DNA of 64,000 nucleotides from Styela clava. Taxonomy: Eukaryota. The DNA is taken from the NCBI RefSeq assembly GCF_964204865.1, contig NC_135257.1, forward strand, positions 5,828,001-5,892,000, read 5' to 3'. Positions 39,746 to 52,471 of this stretch are shown here, piece after piece (positions within the stretch are counted from its first letter, which is position 1; the number at the start of each line of letters is the position of its first letter). A model generated the notes under the pieces. That model saw nothing but the letters and a program-made list of their open reading frames with translations, had not been told where the DNA came from and searched no databases. The position numbers and the translations under genes are program-made.

Positions 39746-41640
39746 ATTACGGATCAGGACGACAAGTCTGGAATCCAGCCCGAATGCCTTCATACCCAGA
39801 TTATGCCGACGGAAGTTTTATGGATCAAATCTCTCTGCCATAGAGATCACCATTTTATGTACCACATAAAGAGGTAGACTTCCTTTCATCACATCCGCTA
39901 TTTGTGAGATGGTATAATCGAATTTTGTTGAGTTTAATGCCATCAAATGGGCGTTTTAATACAAGTGATTTTTGAAGGCCGAAATAAATGTCCCAGAGTA
40001 AGAATTTGATTTTGTGGGTCCGAATTTTTACTCACTGCTATTTTTTCTTTTTTCCAACTAACTTAACTTCCAAGGAAGTTGAGAAAGAGGAATCGGATGA
40101 TGTGGTGTCGTCACGGTATCTTTTATTGTCCAATTTTGGTTGAGTTGAGTCCGGAGTCTTTGGATTTGATTTGTTGTATTCAAGGTTGGCTGGGGCTGAG
40201 GATATTTCGTCCGGTGTGCTGTCGAAAACGGAAGTTGTTGATAAGTCACAAGGGTCGATGTTGCGTAGCATTACCTTCACGTAGGCATTTCCTTTTGATG
40301 TAGGGTGGAAAGGTGTGTTGCCTATCGTTGAAGTCTGCTTCAACCTCGATGATTGCCGGGTTGGTTTTTGTTGTAGTTGATTAGGTGGAGTCGACGGAGG
40401 GCTCAAGACGTTTCCTGGATCTTCGCACTCCGACCAGTTACTAATCTCCTTTAGGTCATTAGAACCGGTGGAAGAGGAAAACTCGTGTAAATCCGAAGCC
40501 AAATCAATTTCCGGTATCCTATTGTCAAGCATGCTGTTAGTTGTGGTGCCGTTCGAGGTATTTCCCATAGTAATTTCAGGTAGTGAGACATCTTGGTCGA
40601 TCGTGGCTGGTATATCCGGTGTGTTTTGAGCAGTCGATGAAGGTTGTACGTCGTTTTGATCATTTTGTTTGTGTAATTCCGAAATCTTTGTTGATGTCAT
40701 TGCAGGTTGTGTGACACTATTGTTGTTCACACGTTGTATATTCAAATGAGGTGGGTTTGCCGTCTCCAATCTTCTACGTCGTGGAATTGTCCAGGTAGGT
40801 AGAGAAAGAGATGGAAAGTCTTTCTTTTTTGATGGGCAGTCTTTTTGAATATGACCCACGACATTGCAGTAACGGCAAACGGCTTCACTCTCGCACTCGG
40901 TGTAGTTGTGTCATGCCTGCAAGCATCGTCCGCATGTTGGTACGTATAACTCTCGGGGTAGGTAGGTTTTACATCTGTTCCCACCAATTACCACATAATC
41001 GGGTAAACGGTCCCTTTTAAAATTTTGAATAAAAAAGGTAGTATGACCATTATAGATAGACGTACCTTTATAACAGTTTTTGAATGCATTCCTCACGCTT
41101 CCACATCCAAGTTCTTCAATTTTTGATACTGCCTCGTTGTATGATGTTTCCCCTGGTATCCACCGAATAGATATTCGAGTTGGGGCCTCGGTTGGCAGTG
41201 CGACTGTGATGTTACCTTCTGCTGTTCGGATTTGGCCGTTCGTTACTTTCAAAAATTGTTCGCGGCAGCTCGAGTTGGGATCTTCCGTAGCAGCGAAGGT
41301 GCAAATCCATTGCCCCTTTCGACCTTCGAAGAGTCCCGTTATGTTGTCGACAAACTTTCGGGTGGACGAGTAGTTCTTCAAGATGTCGAGAAGGCGAGGA
41401 AAGTCCAGATCTTGAGTGGTCGTCAGGAAGAGTGTACGCGGTCTTGTTGTTGCGACGGAAGTTTCTTCTTTCTCTGGAGTCTTCGAGGCAGCTTCGGCGT
41501 AGTTCATTCTCTTTGTTTTCTTCTTTCTTCGTTGCTATCGAGGGCCTAACCCGGTGAGGGGTTGCCTTAATCAAAACAGCACCTTAATCAAATCGTTCCG
41601 TGCAAAGCAACGACTAACATACCGATGCAAAGTGACTAAC
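39709..41640 (-). mobile_element. L1/Tx1-clade non-LTR retroelement encoding ORF1 only (HAL1-like), polyadenylated
   Basis: ORF1 41507-40038, ~290 nt of 3' sequence, AATAAA (39748-39743) and a pure 29-nt poly(A) (39737-39709). No ORF2 length is available. The 5' boundary is approximate. Confidence 0.8.
40038..41507 (-). pseudogene. Gag-like ORF1 (RRM-like region + two CCHC zinc knuckles + S/T/P-rich tail), ~489 codons with one in-frame TGA
   Basis: Begins MNYAEAAS. The 198-aa and 273-aa ORFs in the track are one frame: CGRCLQA*HNYTEC-ESEAV-CRYCNVVGHIQKDC. The TGA at 40913-40911 replaces the Gly of CX2CX3GHX4C. Confidence 0.85.
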
Positions 41641-42387
41641 ACTTTTATAGTCACTTTGGTTCCATGTATTTCCAGTTCAGTGGCTACGACGCTGTCAGTT
41701 TATGAACTTGGATAGGGTTTACATATTTTCTAACTTTTAATATGATTTACCGTATCTGCCATTTCCATTTCAGTTATTACAAAACTTTTGTGCAAATAAA
41801 TTATCTTAGCTTATTTCTTTAAAATATCCCTGTTTTGGCGTCTGAACTTGATTGGTGGAGCAACGAATGCATGGTAGTTTCATTCTCAATGGATAATTCT
41901 CACACCATATCTGATTATGGCGAAGATATTAAGGCAATATTGCGCAGAAATGTCTCTTTATACCGATATGACCAAACCTGTATTGACACAACTATACTGA
42001 CGGGTATTCTCAAATTTATATTAAGTTGTTTTCACCCGTGATGCCCCAGCGATTCCGCAGAGGTGATTTAAATATTTATTTGTCGAGTTTTTTTGGATTG
42101 ACAGGCCCCGTGGTACAGCCATAGGGATTAACAATCTCTTTTTTACATCGGCGTAGTGGTGTTTCATTCGTGACTCACGACGTGAGTGATATTCTTCTTC
42201 TGCCAAACTATAATATGCAAACCTTTAATTTCAAGTTGATGTGGGATATTTTACCTTCAAAAACAAAACCCGTAATAAGAAATATCGCAGGAAATGATTT
42301 GTGTGTATTACTGTATTACAGTATTATGTGGGAAAGAACCAGAATTTGTTAGTGGTCTATTTATGAGTCTATTTATGAATATTTTGA

Positions 42388-43031
42388 GGGTCTTACTACT
42401 TACTGAATACAGCGCGAAACACCGCAAAGAGCGCGAAACACCGCAAAACAGAGCGAAACAGAAGGAAACCAGCGCAAAACAGAGGGAAACAGCACAAAAC
42501 AGGAGACGCAGTCATTACCACCTCCTGCCACGAAAGAACCACGGCGCCTCTGGCCATGGTTTTATGGCGCTATTTCCGGTATATTTACAAGGTTACCGTA
42601 TGTACCGGATTATAGGTTATTATGCAAAATTTTATCTACCTTTTTGGTGCTTTTGAAGTATGTGCAGCAATAGGTCGCACAACCTTAATCCGCTACACAC
42701 ACACACATACTATTTTCAGGTTGTGCGCCATCTTGGTGCACATACTTCCGGAGGTCCCTTTATACCTAACCCTTACCCAAAGCCAACCATATTCATATGG
42801 AAAATGTTTTAAATTATGGTGCCCAAAATGTGTCACCAGCAGGGGCAGACCTGCCATTACAGCATTACTGGCTACATACGTTAGTTTGTGTTTTTAATTT
42901 GCTGCCGTGCAGTCGTAAAAATTTTTTCTGCTTCACACTGTTTCCCTCTGTTTTGCGCTCTTTCGCGCTGTTTCCCTCTGTTTTGCGCTCTTTGCGGTGT
43001 TTCGCGCTGTATTCAGTAAGTAGTAAGACCG
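42388..43031. mobile_element. Foldback/Mutator-type MITE with modular TIRs
   Basis: 46-bp perfect TIR ggtcttactacttactgaatacagcgcgaaacaccgcaaagagcgc, followed by internal subrepeats; 9-bp TSD atattttga / gtattttga. Confidence 0.88.
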
Positions 43032-43456
43032 GTATTTTGATCATGTTTTTCGATGTTATTGGAAATGCTGTTAGAAAATTAAATAATGCCAGACTTTTGA
43101 AGAGTTATCAAACTTGTGTTTTATTTGACTTAAGCTATTTATTACACTCTAACACTACAAGAAGAGATTTAAATATTATGCTGTTTTTACTTTCAATTAC
43201 TGAATTACTAGATATAAAATATGGATTCAGAGAAATTCTGTAATATTTAAGGTAGCCTAGTACCGCTAATCACCACATCAATCAAACGATCAAGTTATCA
43301 AACAAATAAAAGCAGCAATCATTTTTAGACACAACATTGGAGAAAAATAGAAAATCACCTAATTTTGTCAGAGAATTGTATTTGAATGCTGAATCAAGTG
43401 AATATGAATTTAGTTTTTATATGTATAAAAATGTCTAATATATTTAAATTTTCTAC

Positions 43457-43790
43457 AGGGGTGGTGACTTCTCTACGACCCATGGGCCGGGGCCGGGGCC
43501 ACGGCCCATCTAATTGGGCCACATGGGCCGTGGCCTATCAAGCTATGGACCGCGGCCCCGTCAGGAAAAATTCAATTATCTTACCAAAATTGTCAATATT
43601 CGAACCAAAAAATAAACTCCTGAAGTATGTGTACCAGGTTAGGGTTAGGGCAAAATTTTGTTCAGATTTTTTACATTATAGTTCTATTATGAGTTTGGGG
43701 ACTGTCTGTGTTAGCCAAGTGAATAGTTTCTTTACACAACTTGATGGGCCGTGGCCCCGGCCCATGGGCCGAAGAGGAGTCACCACTTCC
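43457..43790. mobile_element. GC-rich palindromic MITE with a nested telomere-motif family fragment
   Basis: gtggtgacttctctacgacccatgggccggggcc..acggcccatc is mirrored by gatgggccgtggccccggcccatgggccgaagaggagtcaccac. Confidence 0.75.
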
Positions 43791-44567
43791 ACTCTAAATT
43801 TTTATTCTACATAATATAACTCAATATGCTGATATGTTAAAATTTAATGAATTGTATGACGATGTGATCCCCCCCCCCCAAATTACTGATGGAATGGACA
43901 TGTGAAAAATGAATAACGAATTTACTTTATGATTGTTCGCATGTTTATGTACGTTTGGTTATATTTTATTATATTATCTCCTCAAAAAATAAATAAAATA
44001 AAATACTGGTTCATTGATGAACCAGGAATGTGTGTTGTATGTGATAATAGAATTGAAGAAACTGTATGGATCTTATTATTAGAGTGTGAGTGGACTACAT
44101 TTTTGGCAAAGGTGTTGCATAGAAAATAATCAAAATACTATTATCGCAAATGATTCAGAATTTATATTTGTTTGGATTTTTATTATATTATTCATATATA
44201 TATGGGGGGGGATTCAAATTGAAAAACCAAAACATGGAAACAATAAATTTTGTATTCAAAATATAATAATTCGATTATAAAATCTCAGTACAAAAATTAC
44301 GTTAGGCTTTCGAGTCTATTTGTCACAAAAAAAAAGTTCGTTCTTATCTACTAAATAAAAACTACAGATCCACTTTTCCAATTGTAACTAGGCTACCACA
44401 GAACGATAGCCTGTTAAAAGTGGCACAACCTTGTCAGCTTGTGCTGTGTACAGGTGTATTGCAGCATTTTTCTTTATATCTTCCAGATGCTCTAGATAAA
44501 TTTGACTTAGAAATTCGATTTTCGAAGCTTATTTATAGTATTTGCCCTTTTTCTTTTATTTTACACC

Positions 44568-47500
44568 ATGGAAGACTCTCCAACACCATTGGAATCACTC
44601 AGATTTCCTTATTATAATCAATCTAAAGGTAACTAGTGCTAAGTGTTTGTATTGTTTTCATTTTTTTATTACAATATATCAGGATATTACTTTTGTCTTC
44701 CAACAGCGATAGTAAAATTGTATTCTGAATGGGCTATTTGCAGATAGGCCAGTAGGTTAGATCCAACCTTATTGCAATATTAATCAATCACCATAATTCA
44801 ATCTGCTTAATATTAATATTGGAAGAAACTCGTAATGGAGTTACCTATTTCTGTATTAGTCAATAAAATATTGTGATACAGCAATAAGAAATTCATTCGT
44901 TGTTTCACTTTAAAATTTTAGGTGATATCGAGGAACTATCATGCCTTGATCCGAAGTTTTGTCAAGATGTCCTTTTTCCACAATATCAACCTGCTCCCAA
45001 GATCCAACCGGAAATGGATCCATGTGTCTGGCAAACTTGGATAGAAAGTCTATCAGCTATTGAGACAAATTTATCATGGTTATTGAAACTTCCACATGCA
45101 AAATTCTGGTGTCAGGTAAAAATATTATTAATCATTTTGTATGAAGTATACCAACTTTTAGGCATACATGTTGACTTGTTATAGTTTCGTCAAAATGTTC
45201 GAGGAAAAAACTGCAAACAATATTATTTGGAGATTTGAAACTGCATTCACAAAGTTGGAGATTATTGAATAATAAGATGTGTAAAATATAGATATTGTTT
45301 TGAATTGCGATTTCAGTAGAGGAGAAGTGTGATTTCGCTTAGCATTGTACATATTTTTCTAGGCTGTCAACAATGCATCATTGCAAGTATTTTTGGATTC
45401 ATATTTGAAGCAAACACCTCGATTTCAGACATCAAGTTGGCCTGATGAAGTTTTAGAAAAGCACAATGCAGTTCATAGACTTGTTTTCATGACTTATCTG
45501 AGGTTAGCATATTGTTGTATGGTTTTGAATATTTTTCAATATCTCCTATATCAGATATGAATTGCGAAGTGTTTAATGTAGATCAGTGGCTCAGGCTTCG
45601 TAAGAACAAACTATGTTGTGTGATGTTTGTTGTTTACATATAATATATCCAAGTTATTCTCCCTATCGTACACAACACTGAAAGGCAACAAGACTTAAAA
45701 AAACAAAGTCAATATTTCAGTTTTCAGGACCTCTTGCCTCGGCCATCATTCACTCATGTATCATACTGTCATTTACAGCTAAATCACTTATTTTCACCTT
45801 TTTTGCTTCTATTAGGATCTGGGTTGAGATCTGCTTAGTGATTTAGCAAAAGTTTATTGTATTCTTGGTGAGACTGCATCTGATGGTCATTGCCATCAAC
45901 ATAGGAAGAGTTCAACTGAAATTAGTCAAAACTCCAATTCTTCTCCCTGATATACTAACTTCCATACAGAACAACTAAGTAAATTTCTTTCTTTTTGTGA
46001 CAGGATGGCAACCAATAAAGAATCATCATCACATTTTATTACGTCTGATTTCTTTGGTGAACTTTTGTATGAAAATTATCTTTTTGATATTCCTAAAATA
46101 ATGGACTTATGTGCAATTTATGGAAATGAAACAAACTCTGCTCTTCTTGGTAAAGCAATTTCAAATATATTCAAGTTTCAACCTAGTTACAATGAAGATT
46201 TGAAAGAAACAGTTGGAACCATAATGCAGGTGAGGAATAGCTTAAAACATCCTCATGGGATCTTACTACTTCAATCTTAACTTCTTGTTTGTAATTTGTG
46301 AGAATACTTTTGGATACTTTGGATACTTTATTACTTATCGATCTTAAGATCGGTAAGTATATTGATAGGTATTTGTCTGTGTGTGTGTCTGTTAGATGAA
46401 CGCGATATCTCGCGAATGCGAGGTTGAATCTGCTCCAAATTTTGCATGTGCATTCATCTTATCTCGGACCAGAAAGCTATTGATTTTGGGCGAATTATGT
46501 CGTATAATTAGCGAGTTATCGATCAATTATTGATATAGTGATCTAGAGAGAATTTTGAGACCCGCCGAGTGTGTGTGTGCGATGCGCAGTGCGAAAGTTA
46601 CAAGAGCGGATGAATCGAAACTGCAGTTTCTGTTTTGGGGGATCCCCTAACTATCGATCGATAAGTCTTCGGTTTCCAACCGATATTCTCGTTTCTGTGT
46701 TGGTTATTATGATATCATATCAAGTTGATGAACCTTACATTTTGTGGACGAGATGCCACTCTTTTGTTGAAAGAAACTAGATAATCAGTGGTAACCTGTT
46801 TTTGGAATAGCGTGACAATAGGCTACCCCATTCTTTTTTTTCCTTGTGGATCAGTGTTTCCCAAACTATAGGTTGCGACCCAAATCTCGGTCGCCACAAG
46901 ATTTTGATTCTTTCAACAAAAACCTGACAGATACTAATGTTATTTTCTAGTAAATTTCATTGTTTATATTTGGTATTGAAGTGTTGCTCAATATTGATTG
47001 TAAAAACTTGGCTTATCACATATTTCTCTTGTTTTGCGTTAATAGGTTTTGAAAATTCAGCAAAACTGTATTGAGTATAACTTGTCTAATCTAGGTATTT
47101 CACAACATTGATGAAAAATGTGGTGTTGAATATCATCCGGACAGATCTCCCAATGAAAATGCTTCATCTGCGAGACGACCACATAGATTATCAGAAGGTC
47201 CATCTTCAGGCAGAACCGAATTGTTAATAAATACGCCTTTGAATGAATTTGAAGATATTATTATGTATACGTCGGATGTTTCATTCACATTATGTCGATT
47301 TCTTGTTGATGTTTATCCAAGTGCATGTTCTGCATTTTATGAGGTATGTTGAATAATTCTAAGTTGAAATGTAATGCTCAGCTGAGTTTCAAATATAGTC
47401 GGGTACTGTGTACATCCGCTGTGTACTCCGTGTATTATATATATAATTCAAAGGTGTTTTAAATAAGTAATTACCGTAGTAATTTGCTTTTCTCGATGCA

Positions 47501-50500
47501 AAGTGTCGGCGTTGTGTTAATTTCTCTGTTGGATATGAACCAATTTAGAATACAATTGACATTCCATGTACGGAAATAACATATCAAGTTGGGAATGGTA
47601 AATTATTTGGTTTGAGTATTCCCACGGAGGGCAAATGTACACATTAAAGACAACAAGCCTATGACAATGCATTCGGTAATATGATTACCATAGTACCTCT
47701 GATTACTTTGCATGGGTTCGCAGGTTGGTTCGAACCCTTTGGGGGATAATTATGTGCTTATGTTACCATCAAGTCCATGCATTGGAAACCGTGTGACAGG
47801 CTATGGTACGCCATATTATTAAGCTGCATTATCATCTTCTGCTAACCTATTCTAACTTATCCTCATGCTTCCTAGTGCCAACCTAATCAGTTTTATTAAG
47901 TCTTCAATTTGATCATGGAGGGAAAATTGAATTGAAAATTTGCAATGTTACAAAAAGTAAGGGCTATTCTCTATTTCAGAATGTTAAATACATCGCTCAT
48001 TTCTACTCAAATTCATTGTCGATTCTCAATGAAGCAGCTCTCAAATATCCTCTTGATGATCTACATTTGAGATCTCAGTTGTTAGCACATTTGAAAGTAT
48101 CGAGAAAATCCTTGTTAAATGTCATCAGACAAATACTTAATGAATGTCTCCTCACTCCAGCACTTAATGCTTCAGAGGTTGGTGATCACTCAAGAACAAA
48201 TAACCTTGCAGACGACTATTTTCATGTAAGTTATATTTTTGTTATTTTCATAAGTGTGGTTATACATGCTGTATAGATGTCATTTCATATTTTGTTTGCT
48301 ATATATTTGAAAATCTTTTGCAGGTTTATTCATTATCATTCTTATCGAGTGCACTCAATGAAGTTCCAATTTTTTAAAGCAGGATTAGCTGTATTAGAAC
48401 CAAAGCATTTCCCACATTTTAAAAATGGTGATGGAGCTTGGAGGGCCATTTGATATCACATAATGGAGTTCATGGCCAATTTGAAGTACATGTTAGTTAG
48501 CATTATGATAAGCTATTAACTAGTCCTTGTCATCTTGCTAAGATCAGGCTCGTTTTTAAAATAACTACGGTAGATAATATCCCCATCACAGTGATGTTTG
48601 GTAATTTAAATAGCAGAGAGACTACCATTGCAGATCTGTTTGACTTGGAAAAAGTTTATATTTGAATGCTGCAAATGGCATTAATTTAGTGCATTCCAAA
48701 TAAAATCACTGATGCCTCTATATAATACTTAGCATCATTGATATTTAATCCATGCCATATTTTATTTATATTTTCAGATTCTATCAGATTTATTGGGAGA
48801 AACAAAATTTTTTCAAGATTTTCTGAGAAAATTACCCATCATTGATGATGTTCAATCTCTTCTACAGGTTAAATTTTCATGCCAAATTATTTTTTCTTGA
48901 TAGATTAAAGGAAAGCGCACAATAACATAATAGGTTATTTATTGATAGGCATCACCAGGAATTGACGAGACTAGAGCTTCATTTATCCTTGGTTCCCTTG
49001 GCAATGGAAGAAAGAGTAAAAATTCTACACCTAGTACTATTTTACTGAATGGAACTGCTGAAGAATCACCTAGAGCAAATGCTAACCCAGAAGACGCAAA
49101 AAAAGGGTTCAGTGCTGCTTCCAATCTGTCTACAGAATCGGGTGAATATTTTACCCTTGATTGCAGATGATACTGTTACTTCTTTTTAGATTTGTTTTGT
49201 AATCAACATATCAAATGTAAAAGTCATATATCTGATTATAATGAAAGGTTTTGATAATTTAAGCTACCCAAATATATCAAGTACTAATTATCCTTTTCTA
49301 AAATCCTGTATCACCTGAACAACTGCAGTTCAATGAGTCATCCTAGCACTGATAAATAGCATATATGAATATTGGCAAATTTCCAAGTAAAATTTAATTT
49401 TCAAGTTTTCATTTCAGATGTGGAAATGGAATCTTTAATATCCACTGTTCATGATGTTTTGCCTCACCTTGGAGAAGGATATATTGAATCATGTCTTCTA
49501 TATTATGAAAGAGATTGTGAAAAAACAATCCATGCATTATTAGAAGGCAATCTTCCTGATGATCTTCGAGCAATGGACAATTCAACTCCAAGACAAAAGC
49601 GACAGTATTCTGCTTCACCTGTGAATGGTATGTAATTTGCCTTATTATTTTCTAGAGGGTTGTTTCAAACTATGTATATTTGAGACCGTGTAAATCTCAA
49701 CCACCTTTTTGATTTTCGTCTGACCTATGTCTTTCCATAGTGGGTTCATTAGCGATATTTGGAACAAATACTTTAATAAACTGGCTTAAATACAAAAGAT
49801 TGGCAACTGGCAAGAAAGGTTGGAAGTTTTCTATCAGTTGTATAATTGTTTACTTTATAACAGAAATCAAACAAACCAATCTTGACAATCAGCAATCTCC
49901 ATATGATATTTCTTCACTTGAAGAAACTATTGGACTCAATGAACGAAAAAATGTTTTTGATGGTGATGATTTTGATGTTTATCAAAACTCAACAATTGAT
50001 CATTCGAAGATTCACAAAGGAAAGAAGACTAAGGTGTGTGTCAGTTTGCAACCAATGCATGGAAATTTTCAACATCAACTCCATTACAATCGTCCATATA
50101 ATAAGCAATTTGTAAAATATGATGTGTGACAACTGACAAGTTATTGCCAAAAGTTTTTTTTTTTTTTTTATATATAAATCCATATTTGTAGATGGCTTCG
50201 GGAATATATCTTACCGTACATTTAATATTTATATAAACAGTATAAAGTGCACTACACAATTATGTACAAAGATGCATAAAATAGAAGAGATTTCCAACTT
50301 AATAATTCGTAAATGCCCTAGTCCTAAAAGACTGCGATTGCTCAGAATTTCAAACATAACTCTTATAGTATTGAAAGTTAGTATCAAATTGTGGGCGCTC
50401 CTGAAATATGTGCACCAAGATGGCCACTACTCGAACCCTAACCTGGTACACATACTATGTGTCTGTGACAGTGAGTAAGATTCATTTTTGGGACTTTATG

Positions 50501-51644
50501 GTAGGCATAAATTGTAAACTATTTTGTGTGTTAACATCAATGCTTTTTCAATCCAAGGATCATGAACCAGCTCCAGCTAGGACGACTGAAATGAGACAAA
50601 TTTATGAAAAATATAGCATTGTGTGTGATGAAGAGGAAATAACTGACGACATGGGCTCATGTGAGTGATTTTGTTTTTGTAATATAAAAGCGTCACCTGA
50701 GTTTGCTTAGTTTTATACCTGTGTATTTAGGTTTTTCATGTATTTTCGGTAACTGGTAAAGATTCATCCACAAAGTGGTATGTTTAGTGAATAAGTCTTT
50801 TTCTCTAGTGCATATTGTAAAAACAATGTCTCAGTGTAAGCCTACCTATTGTGTGTATTCCAGTATTCAACAGAATCTTGCAAATCTCTCTAATTCTGAA
50901 TTCCCATGTTTAATACCTTCTATTCTATTGCTTCTCAGTGGTAGTAGATGATGCCTATTGCAACATGTATGATGATGAATATGACGATATGTATGATGGT
51001 CTCGGTGTTGATGCAAATGATGTTGATGACGCAGATGACCTGCTCAAACGACGACCTTTTGTCACTCCTCGTGTTTTTCTCCAATCTAAGAAAAATGAAG
51101 AATCAGGGTCAAATGACTCTGAAGAAAGCGAAGAAGAGTTAGTTTCAATATCTTTTATACCAATAATTCTCAGATTGACATTTGCGGAAGACCTTTTAAA
51201 TAGTCGTAGCTCCTCATGTAGCATTATCTGCTTATACAGAGCCATGCTCAGAGCGAAAGGTATATGAAAAAATGGCCACAGCAAATGTTGATATCCTATC
51301 TTCATTATTATGTTTTGTTTGGGTAATCCGTTGTATTCATTACATTAATACTGCGTTGAAATTTTCAAATATTTTTTCCTTATAGGAAAGGTCCAAAGCC
51401 TGATCATTTCATAGCAAATCCTGCAGATGTCCGAGCCAAGCAGGACGAACGACGTCGACAGCAACAAGAACTGAGAAACAACCGACGTGGTCCAAAGAAA
51501 GGACAAAATCCTAGTTCTTCTGTATCTAGTAATAACCCAAATGGTCAACAAAATCGTAAGAAGAAGGATATGAATAAAGCAAAAGTTGCTAACCATAATC
51601 GAAAGAAAATGGCGACGAAAAAGGCAGCTAAAGGAATGATATAA
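44568..51644 (+). CDS. ASCC2: Activating signal cointegrator 1 complex subunit 2 (CUE domain), ~779 aa
   Basis: Exons 44568-44628, 44922-45115, 45363-45502, 46004-46229, 47095-47343, 47980-48225, 48778-48867, 48949-49141, 49418-49627, 49864-50033, 50558-50660, 50939-51137, 51386-51644 total 2340 nt. Motifs WLLKLPHAKFWCQ, LDSYL, RMATNKES, LFDIPKIMDLCAIYG, CUE (ISTVHDVLPHLGEGYI...IHALLE), RKNVFDGDDFD, YDDEYDDMYD, ANHNRK...KGM. Confidence 0.95.
46331..46693 (+). mobile_element. Helentron/DINE-like family, most complete copy
   Basis: 5' hairpin cttatcgatc-ttaa-gatcggtaag, microsatellite, core, 3' palindrome tatcgatcgata, end ccgatattctcgttt. Inserted in T-rich sequence with no clear TSD. Confidence 0.75.
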
Positions 51645-51799
51645 TTTTTATTTACATGCTTCACGGTGTCTTATGTTGCAATAAATATGTGGTTTATGCA
51701 TTTTGCCTTAGGTAATGTGTGTCTGTTTAATTGGAAGTGATGGTTGTTTGCAAATAATGATTGTTGTTTGATAACAATCATTGCCCGCTGAGCTATTGA

Positions 51800-52140
51800 A
51801 ATATGAATCTTGAGGGAAAGGAGTGTGGAAAGCGACTAAAACTTTGAAAGGAGCAATTCGGTGCTGTGGTGGTTGGACCAGAGACTACCCGTGGCATGTC
51901 ATTTGTGACCATCACTGGTTATCCGATTTTAATGACTAATTAGGTCTTAAGATGCCAACACGTGTTCCATGAAGCACAGCTTCTGGTTATTTTTGAGGAT
52001 AGGATAATATGCTGAGTCTAGAATCTGGCCAATGCCGTTAAAGGTTTGAGGGGACGTGCTACGCCAAATGATTTGGCTTGACTGATCTCGTGGTTTTAAA
52101 CGTGCAATCGCATTCATTTTTTCTGCCAATGTTGTAATTC
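51800..52140 (-). mobile_element. Highly degenerate LINE reverse-transcriptase fragment
   Basis: Minus strand gives broken motifs in the expected order: (M)NAIARLKP, YPILK, RP(I)S, HSTELLL (cf. CR1/L2 AI..LK, IPI.K, YRPISL, HSTETAL). Frames are disrupted. Confidence 0.35.
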
Positions 52141-52471
52141 TGCTACAAAGGACTCATTCACCAACCCCTTTTGCACATTCCCCTATTGCTCGCCAAGACA
52201 TGATTGAATCAGTGTTTTTCACGCTCTTTGGTGAAGCCAAATCCCATGAAACATTTCAGAAGGGCGAGGAACCCCGTGTAATCGTTTTTGCAAAATTATT
52301 TGATTACAGTACCAAAATTGAAATAAAATTTGAGCCCTGTATAGCGGTACTGTCCCATAGGGCGCCCGTTTTGTATATTTTATTCCGCAGCGAGTACAAC
52401 TTGTTTTGAGTGTTTTTTTTTGTGGGTTCAATGTTGTAGCTCGGATATTAACTAACGACTAATACTGCAAT

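Larger units (their letters stand above)
24970..42123. repeat. Tandem segmental duplication (unit A ~24970-30553, unit B ~31685-42123)
   Basis: Collinear similarity runs from taagtttct(g/a)ttgaaaa through the TBC1D2B 3' region and all eight SDR exons and introns to cgtgg(c/t)acagcc. Unit B is expanded by several insertions. Confidence 0.92.

Noticed and set aside
39447-39869. 140-aa and 95-aa ORFs with poly-F / poly-K runs
   Set aside because: These are translations of the retroelement poly(A) tail and its flanks.
40911-40913. In-frame TGA as selenocysteine
   Set aside because: It aligns with the knuckle Gly, not a Cys, and no SECIS was recognisable.
42410-42500. Short repeated units resembling an array
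   Set aside because: They are subrepeats of a foldback TIR mirrored at 42935-43010. There are no spacers and the context is eukaryotic, so this is not CRISPR.
42294-43814. Several 90-150-aa ORFs
   Set aside because: They coincide with GC-rich TIRs of MITEs and have no splice or domain support.
51776-52206. GC-richer ~430-nt block with weakly complementary ends, considered as a structured ncRNA (scaRNA, RNase P/MRP, telomerase)
   Set aside because: No recognisable boxes, guides or template; broken RT-like motifs on the minus strand explain it better.
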